Source: Paraspadella gotoi (Eukaryota > Animalia > Chaetognatha). From it: 64,000 bases of DNA. Below are positions 15,478-29,035 of the stretch, one piece after another. The stretch lies in assembly GCA_051294375.1 (NCBI GenBank), contig CM119267.1, positions 16,484,835 through 16,548,834 on the forward strand. The letters are read 5' to 3'. Under the pieces are notes generated by a model, which was not told the origin of the DNA, searched no databases, and saw only the letters and a program-made list of their open reading frames with translations. Both the position numbers and the translations under genes were made by a program. Every line of letters begins with the position of its first letter. The first letter of the stretch is position 1.

Positions 15478-18142
15478 GCTCTCTCTCTCGCCTGCCACAC
15501 GCGCGCCCTCACTCGAGTTATGCAGGACGCGTCCGCCGGGAGAAAAATCATTAATCATCGACGCCAACTAACGAAATCAAAAGATAAAAGGCGAATCTCG
15601 CCCCTCGATACGCGAGCCCGAGCCTGACCGCGCGTCCACCGGCGTTGGGCGGAGCCATAGCGTCTCCAAGCGGCGAGGACGCGTCAACAGGGTCGAATTC
15701 GCACGTTAGACTTCGTGCGAACTCGCGTGTGAGAATGCTTGATGAGAGAGAGAGGAATGTATTTAAAAAAAAAATATCGCAACAGCCTTTGAATCGACGC
15801 AACTTTGAAGTGTCGCCTTCGCCTTTCCTATTTCAGTTTCGGCCGCAACCGTAGAATATTTCAGTTTCTTCGTCGTAACGCCCCTATTTCCCTTTCTCCA
15901 CCTCTCTCAACATCCCTCTTCGCACCCTTTGCACCCTCGACGCCTTGTCAGACAATGAAACTCTTGGCTGGCGGCAATATATATTCACAGGCGTCGCTGA
16001 AATTCCCAGAAATTGCAGCTGGAAACGTGGTCGACGACGACCACGACGACAACGTAGGCAACGACTGTTTTGTTGCTTTTTTTTTCCTGCAAGCGCGGTT
16101 CAGTTTCGGGTTGGGCCAAAAATATTAGCCGAAATGTATTTTGATAATATTATTAAGCAGAATGCGTCGAACTCCGTCTAGGGGGTCAAACAGCAAACAG
16201 CAAACAGCAAACAGCAAACGGCATTCCTTTTTCCATCCATCGGCTGTGTTCATTAGCAGCAATAATTTAAAAGCAATAATTGTAGACATACCTGTTGCGA
16301 AGAAGTTGGCATCGATTGTAGAACGACGGGGGCGAGAGGGAATTGTTGGAAAAGTATCCGAGAGAGGGCGGCATGTCGGGGGTAATNNNNNNNNNNCGTT
16401 TAATGAGTCTTTTTTATCTCGCTCCGGAATTTCGTCGGATTCGTTTATTTTCATAAATATTCCGTACAGCGAATTCCGGTCATAACGAAAATAACGCGTA
16501 TTTATTTTCTTTGAATACAAAGAGATAAATTATCTAGAAGATGAAAAAAAATCTTGTTTCTGGCTCATAATCGTTGAGCATATGATGGTTCCCGGTGTAC
16601 AATGTACACAGCGAAGAGGATAAAGTTTTACATTATGATTGTTTTGGTCAAAATTGGTATTCAATATGTTTTTTTACATTGTTAATTTTATTATATATAA
16701 ATTTTACATTATTTAATTCGAAAAAAAAAATTATGCTTCATATTTACTTTGTCTGTCGAGTTAGACAGTTAGACAGTTTGACCACCTAAATTTTAACACT
16801 TTTTTAGTTTTACATAAAACAAATACTAAAATAAAAACATATCAAACGCATCCCTAAAAACCCTGAACATCTCCGTCGACTGACCGACACGCTTCCCTCC
16901 GCTCTTCATACAATAATGAGGACGATCCATTGTCCTCGAGCGAAGATCTCGAAACGCGCGGAAATCGTAAATCTCTCTTCGTCCGATCCTCACGTTCGTC
17001 GGACATCGATAATTCCGGCGGAGAAACTCGCTTCGTGTTCTTGTTGATTTCGTTATGGGCGGCGTTGTTGTTGTTGTTGTCTTAGTCGTCGTCGTTGTAG
17101 ATTTAGTGGTTGCTCTTTGGCTTCGTTGTTTGATTTCGTAGTCGGCGTTATTATTGTCGTTCGTTTCGTTTCTCGATTGTTGGATTCTAAATTGCAGTCG
17201 ATGTTTCAAAGTATTCTATTTTAAAAATATTTAGTTATAGATTATCCGGGTATAATTTGGCAACTTGATGAGGAAATATCTTGACTGAGAAACAACTTCA
17301 GAGCTGAGTGTCACAACAACTCCTCTCGTCGAGGATTGGCTGAGACCGACGAAACATTTTTTGAGAAAGCTCCAGTTTCTTCGTTCCTCTTTTAAGAGGG
17401 GTGGGGGTTAGGGGGGGCAGAGATGGGGGTGAAAGGAAGGAAGAAAGAGGGGTTGAGGGGGAAAAGATAGAAATCAAGGAAAGCGATGAGAAATCGAGAG
17501 AACGACCGAGAGAAGAAAAGTAGGGAAGAGTGGAAGATGACAATAAAAAAGATAAGTAAGTTTGCGCAGAAAAAGAAAGGTGAATAGCCAAAGAGGAGCG
17601 TGGAGTTTGAGAACAGGCGAGGATATGACGACGACGACGTCGACGACGACGACGTGACGAGCGCCGACGCGTTCAACGGACCAGAAATCACTCGATGCAC
17701 AACGCGGAAGACTAAGTCGCCGGTCCAATGGCGGCCGCAGCGGACAGGCCTTTGCGACAGTGGCCTTTCGATTCAGTGGGGACGATAAAACGATAAGTTG
17801 TTTTAAAAATGTCTAGGGAGATTGTTAAACCATCTACCTCATATTACAAGTTAAGCTCCGCAATAGTTTCTCATTCTATATAGTTTTACGAGAATAAGTA
17901 TTATTTCAAAAGGACATTAATTCGTCAGGAATAAATAGAAAAAAATATTTTTTAAAAATCAGCATTAATCGTCATTTTCTATCTCCGTGGAATTGACGCG
18001 AGGCGGAGAACGGGCGCGGAAACGCACGCGAAAAACTAGACGAGACGGCAATATGCAAATTGGGTTTTAAGAAGAAAAACGATTTCGCGAGCTCTTGTTT
18101 CTTTCTCCCTCTCCCTCTCTCCCTCTCTCTCTCTCTATCTCC

Positions 18143-18187
<45 letters not shown>

Positions 18188-18653
18188 TCTCCCTCTCTAG
18201 GTCCTGGGAGCGAGCCAGGAACTCAGCGAAGGAGAAGATTAGGGTGGAACTTGGAGCGAAAGTCCTGATAAAGAGAAGGAAAGAGGAGCGGCTCCAGAAT
18301 TCGGGATAGCGGGGAGTGAGGAGTGGTAAGTGGGGAGGGAGTAAAGAAGTGGGAGTTGGGATTAAAGAAGTCAGTTGGGTTTTTAAGTCTGGTCTGGAAA
18401 GGCAATAATGAATCGGTCGGAGAGCAGGTCAGGAAAATATAGTGAGACCAGTGAAAAAGATAAGCTATTATCACAGTTTTACGACATCACAGTAGAGACG
18501 ACACAAAAAAATAAAAAGAAGTTGACTCTTAATTCTGAAATTCGCTTTTTTTTTCTTTCTTAGTCTTAACTTCGTCAGGAAAAATGACGTAATTTCGTTT
18601 ACGAGTTGTCACCGCATTTTATCAAATCGAATCAAACCAAATAAGATTGCCTG

Positions 18654-18744
<91 letters not shown>

Positions 18745-19327
18745 GTCGTCGCGTTGGCACGGACTTTTATCGATCCCATTCTCTTTGTTTCAGTTCCGCC
18801 CCCGAAACAACGTTTAGCGTGACATCGGCGATGATGACGATCATTAGGCCGATTCCACGTTTTTGCTGTCATAAACTAAATTAGCCTTCGCGCGGAGATA
18901 GAGCACTCTATTTTATAGCTCTCGATAATAATTTCCTTTAAATATATTAAAGTGGTTTAAAAGTCTCGAGAATTAATCCGATAACGGCGATATATATTCC
19001 TATCGACTCTCAGAAGTGGCGCCTTCCGCCATTAAACGTCATGAAAATATCGATACACATATTAATAGACGCAAATGTGAAAAGTGAGCCGTCGACGTCA
19101 TTGAGAATCCGCCATTTTGAAAAAAAAAAGAAGGAGAAAAAACTGGCTTTGATCCGGCGACGACTTTTTGCAATCAAACTTATCTTTTTCACGACGAGAA
19201 AAGAAAAAAAAATGTGAGAAGATGATGTTTTCCTCTCTTTTTATCCGAACATCCTTTTCTTTTTTTCTCTTTTTTTTGCTAGAAAACGTCCTCTTCATTT
19301 TTCCCCCCAAAAGATTGAGAGAGAGAG

Positions 19328-19400
<73 letters not shown>

Positions 19401-19670
19401 CTAGTGAGAGAAACGAGTTAAAGATAGGAGCGAGAGAGATCGGCGATACAGATGGAAGAGAGAAAGTAGCAAGAGAGAGGAGCGAGAGAGAGGAGCGAGA
19501 GAGAACAGCGAGAGAGAGGGACGAGAGAGAGGAGCAATAGAAAGGAGAAAGAGAGAGGAGCGATAGAGAGAAAGGAAGGGAGCGGAATCGGGGACTTCGA
19601 TTCGTCGACCTTCTCTCGTAATCGTCCACCTCATGATGTCCTCCGCGCCATAAAGATCCGCTTCGGAAAA

Positions 19671-19725
<55 letters not shown>
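19671..19725. repeat. (GAC)n microsatellite, representative of many
   Basis: Perfect tract of about 18 units. Others lie at about 9454-9520, 21709-21748, 37870-38054, 47325-47365, 50788-50820 and 51935-51962. Confidence 0.98.
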
Positions 19726-20185
19726 TTCTCATAGTAAAGGACGACGACACAATCTAAACGAATTTCGACGATGAAAGTCGACGGCAACGTCGACTCTTAA
19801 ACAAACTGCATGTGTTGCGTAAAATGTGTAAAAAAAAAACTTAAACTTAGTAAAAAACTTTTGTCAAAAATGGTCACTGAAATTTGAACGTTTATTAGTA
19901 CGGCTCCGTTTTTTAACTTAATCGGTTTTCGGGCCAGAAATAAGGATTAATTCGAAAAAAAGTAGGTCAAAAGGGTCATTAAAAATAATAATGATTAACT
20001 GAAAAAGAAAGAAAAGAAGAAAGAAAGAAAGAAAGAAAGAAAAAAAGAAAGAAAGAATGAGAGAAAGACAGCTCGGGCTCGATTTCTTTTTAAATTTACG
20101 CTGGAAATGAAGACGAAAAAAAAGTTAATGATTCCCTTGCACCCGAAGGATATCTACGTTCTCACTTCTAAACTTACCTCTTTTG

Positions 20186-20309
<124 letters not shown>

Positions 20310-20380
20310 TTCTCACTAGCGCTCAACTTTAGCTCCGTCACAGACTTTATTCTGCAAATATTTTCAAGCCGAAAGATATT

Positions 20381-20545
20381 GGTCACGTGAGCGAGTATTC
20401 AAGGGACATCGTTCACAAAATCGGTTCGAATCATCGAATCGAATAAACATGGAATCCAAGGGTCGAAATCCCCGCGACCACACTGACCCCGTCATCTCCG
20501 AACGTCACTTCCGGTTCTCGTGACGATCGTTTCGAGGTCACGTGA
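20381..20545. promoter_or_regulatory. Promoter/enhancer-like motif cluster (two GGTCACGTGA E-boxes and an ETS-CRE composite)
   Basis: GGTCACGTGA at 20381-20390 and 20536-20545; ACGTCACTTCCGG at 20502-20514. CpG-rich context. Motif match only. Confidence 0.4.
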
Positions 20546-21544
20546 TTCCGAAACCGGACGATGGGATGCCCCGCGCATCGTAGAACCCGATTTTATGGTG
20601 CGTGACTGATCGCGGAAGGAGGAAGTAACGGTCGACCGAAATGGGCCGGTGAAGTTGGTTAAAAAGTGACGTAGCGATTGCGTAGTGACGTTGTGATGTG
20701 GCGACTTTGTGATTTTGTGATTGTTTGCGATGTCATTTTGACGCGAGGAAAAAGGGAGCGAAAATGACTGAGTGTGGGGAAGAGTGTGTGAAGCAAAGGC
20801 GAGAGGAAGGAGAAAATGAGAATCAGGAAAGCAGAAGTTGTTTAGCTCTGGTGAAGGAGTTGAGCCATGGCGAGCGGTCGTGGGATGAGGTGGTTTCATA
20901 TGGGAAGAAGAGAGCGGGATTGAGGTTATCGGGCATGGGAGGGGGCAGGGCAGAGGCCGGAGGTGGTTTTATATGGGGAAAAAAGAAAGGGACCAGGTGG
21001 TTGGGCATGGGAGAGGAGCAAGACCAAGGTGGGTTGGGCATGAGGAAATGTTAGTACGGCCGAGGTGATGGGGCGTTGGAAGAGAAGCCTCGACCGCCGG
21101 GGATTTGAAGGGGATTCCGCGATTCTTATCAAGGTCAAGCCATCGCGGTTGTTTGTCAAGAGGGGGAGGATAAGGGGGGGCGTTGAAGACTGGAAAGGGG
21201 GATGGTGGAGGGGGGCTGGCATTTTGGGTGGCGCCGGGAGAGGATTGTTGGTTGAACAGAAGAGACGGGGGCAGTGAATGCGCGAGAATTTGCGTCGTGC
21301 AATGAAATGCAATAAAACTAAGTGAAAGCGGAAGGCGGGATGGGATCGGCATCGCCAATGGCGTTGTATGGGGCTGTCCGACTTTAGTTTAAAACGACTC
21401 GATTCCAATAAACGATTCTTTCATGGCTTTTCTCTCTCTCTCTCTGTCTCTCTCTCTCTCTATCTCTCTCTCTTGTTTCCCGACGTCAAACTCGGCCGAC
21501 TAAATGGCGATAGCCTTAATTAGCCGCGATTGTCTTCTTCTCTT

Positions 21545-21625
<81 letters not shown>

Positions 21626-21891
21626 TTCTGTTTTCTCTTTGCCCTTTTTTTCTCATTCGCAGTTTTCTATCTTCTGGTAAATAGTATCGAGTTGGCAATT
21701 CCGGGCCGGACGACGACGACGACGACGACGACGACAACGACGACGACGAGGCCACTGGAGGAAAAAAAAGATCTTTTAATTCGCGCTCCGCATGTGAGTG
21801 GAAAGACTTAGTAGTGAAATTTGTGATGGCCGGTAGTGAGCTCTAGTTAGGTTCTGATTTTTAGAACGGGACTTAAAATTCGTATATATAA

Positions 21892-21933
21892 ATGAAATTG
21901 GTACAACCAATATAAAAATTATCCATTCATTTA
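21892..21933 (-). mobile_element. Interspersed repeat family copy D (42-bp terminal fragment)
   Basis: ATGAAATTGGTACAACCAATATAAAAATTATCCATTCATTTA is identical to the terminus of copies A and B. Confidence 0.7.
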
Positions 21934-23189
21934 TATTAGCAACATAAAATTCAGTTATCTATCGCTAGCTAGTAATATTTCGCCATCCGAAGGGAAACAA
22001 ACTGCAAAATATAAAAAAAGCTCGTTGTAAAAATTTTCGATTATTTTTTTTCCATGACGTCTCTGTTGCGAAGGAAGAAATAGGGTTCACATTCCCCGAA
22101 GGGCGAGTGAGAGATTCGGGGAAATTTCCTTCCGGGGAAAGAAAGAGAGAGAGAGAGNNNNNNNNNNNNNNNNNNNNNNNNNCCTTACACACGCACTCCC
22201 CAACTCCTGGAGTAAATAAAACTCTGGGATAATAGCTGCTCATATTGGCCGAGAGGCAAGGTTAGCCAAAACCTTCGCTCTGACCATTTTGAAAGTTGAA
22301 ATCGTTAGATGAAGGGATAATTCCGACTGCGCATTCGTGCTGAGTCGCTCGGCAGCGGTTTTTGGAGAAGAGTTTTATCATATCTCAGCAGTCTCACTGT
22401 TTTTTCCTGCCTGGTTTTGCCACGCTTTTTTCGCGGGGAGCTGAGCTAGATAGAGGGAGATTAGGAGTAAATGAACGATATGTCACACACTCAGCATGAC
22501 GGACAATAGTATAACCAAAATCTTAAATTTCCCTCTGCTCAAGAACTGCTTCTTCTAGTACAGCGTCATCATTGCAGCAAACATCGGCTACTGTGCCTGA
22601 GAGACCGCAAATGTGGTCAGAGGACGATAGAGATGACTCTTTCTTCTGAAGTCTTCATGATTGACACGCGATTCCAGCACCATCGCAAATTATTTGCGGA
22701 GATGTAACAAAAATGTGTTCCCAAACACACGTTAAAAATGAAGAGTGATAGAAACTATGGTAACACTCGGGCGTTGTTGAGGGAGTGAAAAGTAGGAAAA
22801 CTAGTAGGCAAGTCTGAAGAAGCGCCAGAATGTCAGACATAGAAAAAAATTATGGATAAGATCAACGTGTGGTTACACTTCATCTAAAACAAGTTCATAA
22901 ATGCGTCTCAGGATGGATCTCGCTACTATCGTAACAATACTGTTCGCGCATACTCAATTATTCGACATTATTCTAGAGGTTCCGCACTTCTCGCTTCGCT
23001 AGGAGTGTGCTTAGAATTGAACCCAAAGGGACATTGAGGTTCGAGTTTTTTGAGGCCTTACACACACTCTCAGCTAGAAGATTCCTGAACAACCAGTCCA
23101 GTACCCGCCAGACCCAATAGCCCGCCCAATGCTTGCTCTCCTACCCGAGACACCCAGCAGCCCCCCCGCTGCTTGACCAACTCAGTAGC

Positions 23190-24060
23190 CACTAATTCAC
23201 ATAGAACAAAATTGCCACCAAAACTGGGCGGCCTTTGATTATAAGATTCTGATTCCATTTGAAAACAGGTGCTTCCTGCTTAAACGTCGTGCAGACCCTT
23301 CTGCCTACAGAGTAGCTTATAATACTGTGGAGGCATCTTGAAAATGTCTCGGTAATTTGGTATAGAGTAGGAATCATGAAATTCAAAGTATAGATGCAAT
23401 CGGGGACATGCTTTTTCCCACTCGAATGTAGCTTTTGGCAGCGCATGTTCTCTTAGTATAATGCTCTTTTTTCGATCTTTTCCGAAGAATAATATCTGCT
23501 TCCATCGAAACCAACACCGCAGAAAATGTTGCAGCAGGATGCAATGATGTTAAAGACAAATAGGTGTAGACTGCGGGCTAAAAGTGTGCGTAGCAAAGTG
23601 GATCTCCCAAACCTGGATAATTGTGGCCAAATAACAACCATTCATAAGGGCCATGCCGACGCCTGACGGAGGTGTAAAGCCCATGTGAATGGCGCACATA
23701 GAGGCTCTCTTGCCTTCTCTCCGTCACTTGACTCTTCTCTTAATAACCCTTGCTTTGGCATTTCCATCTACCAGCGCCGCTGGTTTGGATATTCCTTTGA
23801 TTCGGATCAAAGCCTTGCATTGGCTGAGAAGTTATGCTTTTGGCCCCCCGTGGCCTTTAACAATTTCGAATGCTTCGAGGCGTCATGTTTCGATTAATTC
23901 GTTCGAACTTTTTCCATGACTTTATATAGTGAACGTCAATTTTCTGATCCGGAAAATTGATTATGCGCTTAGAAGTACGGCCAATTACGCCAGCACCTTG
24001 AGATTTGGATTGAAGCCTGGACCGATTTGCCAAATCGCTTCCACCTTTAGTGATTAATAT
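23190..24060 (-). mobile_element. Probable degraded non-LTR retrotransposon ORF2 C-terminal (post-RT) fragment
   Basis: High-complexity island without microsatellites. Manually translated broken frames ILITKGGSDLANRSRLQSKSQGA / SQCKALIRIKGISKPAALVDG..RVIKRRVK / WEKACPRLHLYFEFHDSYSIPNYRDIFKMPPQYYKLLCRQKGLH occur in the order and style of LINE ORF2 C-terminal motifs (YLG..F...G.F, FCK.ILG....AA..GE, LY..F...Y...YL...L.RFR.G.H). Judged by eye; no RT catalytic motif seen. Confidence 0.4.
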
Positions 24061-25943
24061 AAAAAATTTACAGAAAAAGATATTTTTTTTTACAAACTAA
24101 TTTGAGGCAAATACACGTTATTACTGATAGAGGGTGTTCTTACTCGGAATCTTATCTTTTGCGAAAAAAAACGCGCGCTCATGTGCATTCCCGAAATTGA
24201 AGAAGAGTTAACAAGGAAAGAATTATACAAAAAGAATGAGGTTTTTAAAAAATGAAATGATTAAAAATATTAAATAAACAAGAAAAGAGACATAGAGAGA
24301 CAGTTGGAAAATAAAACTAAAAAAGGTGAGTAGAGTTTTAAAATGATTAAGAAGTGACTATTGATCTACTATTGATACTGCACTCTCGCAGGAACTAAAC
24401 TCATCCTGTAGAACTCCGGAAAACATTAGGGAGTAGAAACTTGCATCCACAGATGATGATAACGAACGTAAATAAAAAAATTCGCGACATCATTTTTTGA
24501 AAAATAATCAACAGATATATTGGGAGTCATCAAATGATTAGAACAAAGGGACGACGGGACGACAGATTTCGATTTTATGTTACCGGAATGCCTCGAGAAG
24601 AGGAGGGAAGAATTGTAGAGAATTATGATGTGTAACAGAGAGCGAGAGAGAGAGAAGTGAAGAGGCGCGAAGAATGAGTGGCCATGGCGTGGATTCGGTC
24701 CGGACTAACAAGCTGCTTTCCAACCAACATAAGCGTCTCATTCTTTTCCCTTCTACTTATCGATCGCGTCACGAAACGACGGAACCAAAAAAAAAAAATG
24801 GCAGAAAATGACGGGAAATGGCGTAAATTAACTGGAAATGGCAGAAAATGATAGGACGAAAAATAGAAATTGAAACTAAATTACTAAAGATAATCATACT
24901 CTTCCGCCGTTCGTTCGGAATGAGATATTTTCATTTCATTGGGGAATCAGCATCCCAGTATCAGCAATACTGCATTAAAAAAAAAACGTTGGGCCATTGC
25001 GTTGCGAGATGAGAAAAATGACATTACTCGTCGAGATTAAAGGAAACGGGTCATACCGGGACAATCTACCGGAGGAGCAGGTTTATGGAAACATGAGCCG
25101 GAGGCCGCAGAGGCCGAGGAAGTCGAGGTGAGACGAACTCGCTGTTAGATTCAGCCGACGCGAGGCGCAAAGGTGAGAGAGAAATGGACTTAATCAGAGC
25201 GGTGAGGGAAAGATCCCGGATGTGGGAGATGGGAGGCGAGATGATGGAAAGACCCGGATTAAGAAGGAGAGGGGGGGAAATCAGTTGGGAAAGGGTTTTA
25301 GCTGCTGAATTTAGGTTTGAACTCGGAAGCTGAACTTGGGACGGGGGGGGGGAAATCCTTGGGATGGATAAAAGTGAGGATTGAAAAGGAATGGAGATAA
25401 GCGGATATTAGTTAGAAGCGGAAGAAATAAAATTATGGAGTGAAAAGCGGAATTTAAAAATATTGCTAGCGGTTTAGGGTTAGAAGCGAATGTTGTAAGA
25501 GTGGGTTACAGGTTAGAAGCGAAAAAAAAGCAGAGGTTAGAAGCGGAAGAGGATTTTGGGTTAGTGGCGGAANNNNNNNNNNNNNNNNNNNNNNNNNNNN
25601 NNNNNNNNNNNNNNNNNNNNNNNNNNNNNNNNNNNNNNNNNNNNNNNNNNNNNNNNNNNNNNNNNNNNNNNNNNNNNNNNNNNNNNNNNNNNNNNNNNNN
25701 NNNNNNNNNNNNNNNNNNNNNNNNNNNNNNNNNNNNNNNNNNNNNNNNNNNNNNNNNNNNNNNNNNNNNNNNNNNNNNNNNNNNNNNNNNNNNNNNNNNN
25801 NNNNNNTTCTTTCTTTTTTTTTTCTTTCTTTCTTTCTTTCTTTCTTGCTTTGTTGATTCTGTTTTTCTGTCACTAGATAATTCTCCCTAAAATGGCGATG
25901 AACCATTGAATACTTGAGCATAATTCATCCGCCTCTTTAACCC

Positions 25944-26046
<103 letters not shown>

Positions 26047-26391
26047 ACTCTTTCTCTTTCTCTCTCTCTTACCCTCCCTCCCTCCTATTAATTTTTTCGC
26101 TCGCCCCCCTTTTTTTCCTTTTCTGTTTTATTTTTTTCTCGCTTTTTTCTCATCCCTATTTTTTTTCCATAAACGCATTATGGCTGGAACACGCCCAGAG
26201 TCCGAAGGTCGAACAATAAATACGTTCAAAGGAGAATTTGTGGCGGCGAATTTTTTTTTTTCTGTTGCTCTAAACATGAGCTTTAGTGGCAGCGAAAGTT
26301 AACGGGAATTCTTGAGTGAAAGCCATTAAGAGAGGACCCGCAAGGGTTATGGTGTGCTGAGGCGAAGATTTTTTAAGCTTTGAAGCTGTCA

Positions 26392-26513
26392 TATGAATTT
26401 ACGACAACCAATATAATTTTTTTTAAATTCATTTAATAAACAAGCTATCTCGCTCATGACTTCGAACTGGCTACAAGAGACTAACATAGCAAGTCCCTCT
26501 CACAGTTTCGTTT
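26392..26513 (-). mobile_element. Interspersed repeat family copy C (diverged, internally deleted)
   Basis: TATGAATTTACGACAACCAATATAA...TTCATTTAATAAACAAGCTATCT...ACATAGCA...CTCTCACAGTTTCGTTT is colinear with copy B. Confidence 0.6.
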
Positions 26514-28307
26514 CCCGGATTGACTTTTGGTCTCGAAGTAAAAAATACTGTACTGTGTGGAAGACGATGCCGCGAGCAGTTTGGTGGACGTGAGGCTTTG
26601 TGAATATACCGCCACAACTGCTCCTTATTTTGCGGCTGATTTGCGATGTTTTCCTTTTTTTTTTATTATTCTTTATTTCTCTTTTTTCTCCCTCGCGTTG
26701 TTCTTTTGTTAAATTCTTCTTTGTTTTCTCGTCTTTCTTTGGTTCTCCTCTCGCTCGTTCTTCTCTCTCTGTTCTCCTCCTCAGAAAATTCCTTTTCTTC
26801 TCAGAACTCAATCATCCGAACATCTGAGACTCAAGACTGAGGCCCGTCTCGAAAAAAAAAAGAAGTCCGCAAATCAATTCCTCCTTCCACTTTTATTCCA
26901 TCCTTTCCTTTATATCTTTCTTCCTTCCCTTCCTCCCTTCTTTCTCTTAACTTCCTCATCTCTCTTTCTACCTTCACCATTTCTCCGACGCCATCCTGCG
27001 CATCTTTTAATATTTTAATCAAGCATGCTACTGTTGTCAGCGAGTTCACAATAAGGACGGGATCACGTACATATAGACGGAAAAAAGACCGGTTTTTCTA
27101 TACCGAATTGTTGCTACCCATTTATAACCAAGTACTATCATTTTTTTGTAAATTTCGCGAGTCCAACTCAAAAAAGTTCGTTTAATTTTTCCAGTCATTA
27201 TTACTCTCTGCACAAGTTACTGATTTCCCGCTCGCAGAAAAAAAGACAACACTTAAATTATACTAAAAATATCAGCATTCTATCTCAAAAAGAGAATTAA
27301 AAAAAAAGATGAATTTAAAGGTATAGTAAAAAATAAAAAATACTGCAATATGCAAATTAATTTTTCGATTCAAACTAATTCGTAAATCGACCAAAAAGTC
27401 TTTTTTTTTCGACCCTCCAGATTCTCCATCGGACAAAAAAAGCGTCCACCGCCCTCACAAACTCCCCGCTCGGTCCCCCCCACCATCTTCATCGGTGCCT
27501 CGTCCTTTTCTTGATCCCCGATTCGGCGGTGGTTAACTTTTTCCAATTTCCATTTTTAAGGAGAACTAATCTCCCTTTTTTTTTCTTTTTTTCTTCTTTC
27601 CTTGGCCAATTTCTACGGCCGCCCGTCGCCGCCTGAACCGGGCTAGCATCCACTCCTTCCGCCAGTCCCTTTCCCCCTCAAACGCCGCCTCGTACGCCAT
27701 CTGGTTCGAGCGGCAATTACTCCGTCTCTCCGGCCACGCCCACTTTCTTCCGATTCTCCTTCGTTCGTGACCTAAATATTTTTTTTTCCGACAGGGAGCG
27801 TCGACGCTTCCATTTTTAGGACATAAGCTTACAGAAGTTCGAACCTGAACTTGATTGATATTTTGAAATTGGATAGTGTTATCTAAAACGCGTTATTTAA
27901 AATCTGACTCACCTTTGACCTAAAACCTGACCAAATAACCAACTCAAATTTCAATTCGCCGCACGATGCTCATTTTTTTATTCAACGCAAAACCGCTCCC
28001 TTTCAGCTTCCAACGCCCTCTTTCTCTGGCGACACTCAACGTCCACGCCCTACTCCCTTCTCCCTTCTCCCTACTCATTCCCTGCCAATGAATTTGATCG
28101 CCTCATTCGGCAAACTCAAAAATAAAAAGAAAAAAGAAAGAAAAGAAATTATTTACAGACGGCGAATTTCGGTCTTGGGTCGTCGTCGTCGGTTATCGGC
28201 GCCGGAAATCTTTGATTCCTTTCCCCGCCCCTCCCCGGCCGCCTTTTTCCGGTCTTCATTCCGACCCCCTAATCCGGACCAAATTAATGAAAATTCTGTT
28301 TACTGAC

Positions 28308-28410
<103 letters not shown>

Positions 28411-29000
28411 GCGTCAACCGGTCATCGACACTCACGTCATTCGTTCGCATTTCCGTTTTCCGGTTTTTTTTTGTTATGACTAACGAGGTTATTAACGATG
28501 ACGTAAAGCGAAGCTTAAAAAAAAAGTGAATGAAAGAAAACCTCACGTGAAAGAAAAGTCATTCTCCTTCCGGTAATTTCACTAGTTGCCTTTAAATTAA
28601 TCCAGAAAATTGCTTAACCTTAAGATTATTAGTTAAATGAGCGGCAATTACGTTAAAAAAGTTAACGAAAAGACAATAAATTAAACCAAGTGACGTTAAC
28701 ACGTTAGGCCGGCAAACGAGAGAAATAGTGAGAAAACAGGAGGTACAAAATATAATCGAGTTAAAAAAAAAACGAAATAAAATACTAACTTCAGCTTCCT
28801 ACATTTTTTTGGCGCGAAATCTAAATTTAAAATAGAACTGACATTGATGACAGGAACGACCGGGATGACAGCGACGAAGTGATGACACCGACCGTGAAAA
28901 AAGAACTCGTCGTGCGTAAAACGACGCGGTCCTCTGACGAAGACAGAAGCTTTTTTTTATTTTAATTTTGAATGAAAACTAATTTAGAATAGAACTCAAA

Positions 29001-29035
<35 letters not shown>

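Noticed and set aside
21800-21822. GAAAGACTTAGTAGTGAAAT resembling miR-71
   Set aside because: No complementary star arm nearby, so no pre-miRNA hairpin.
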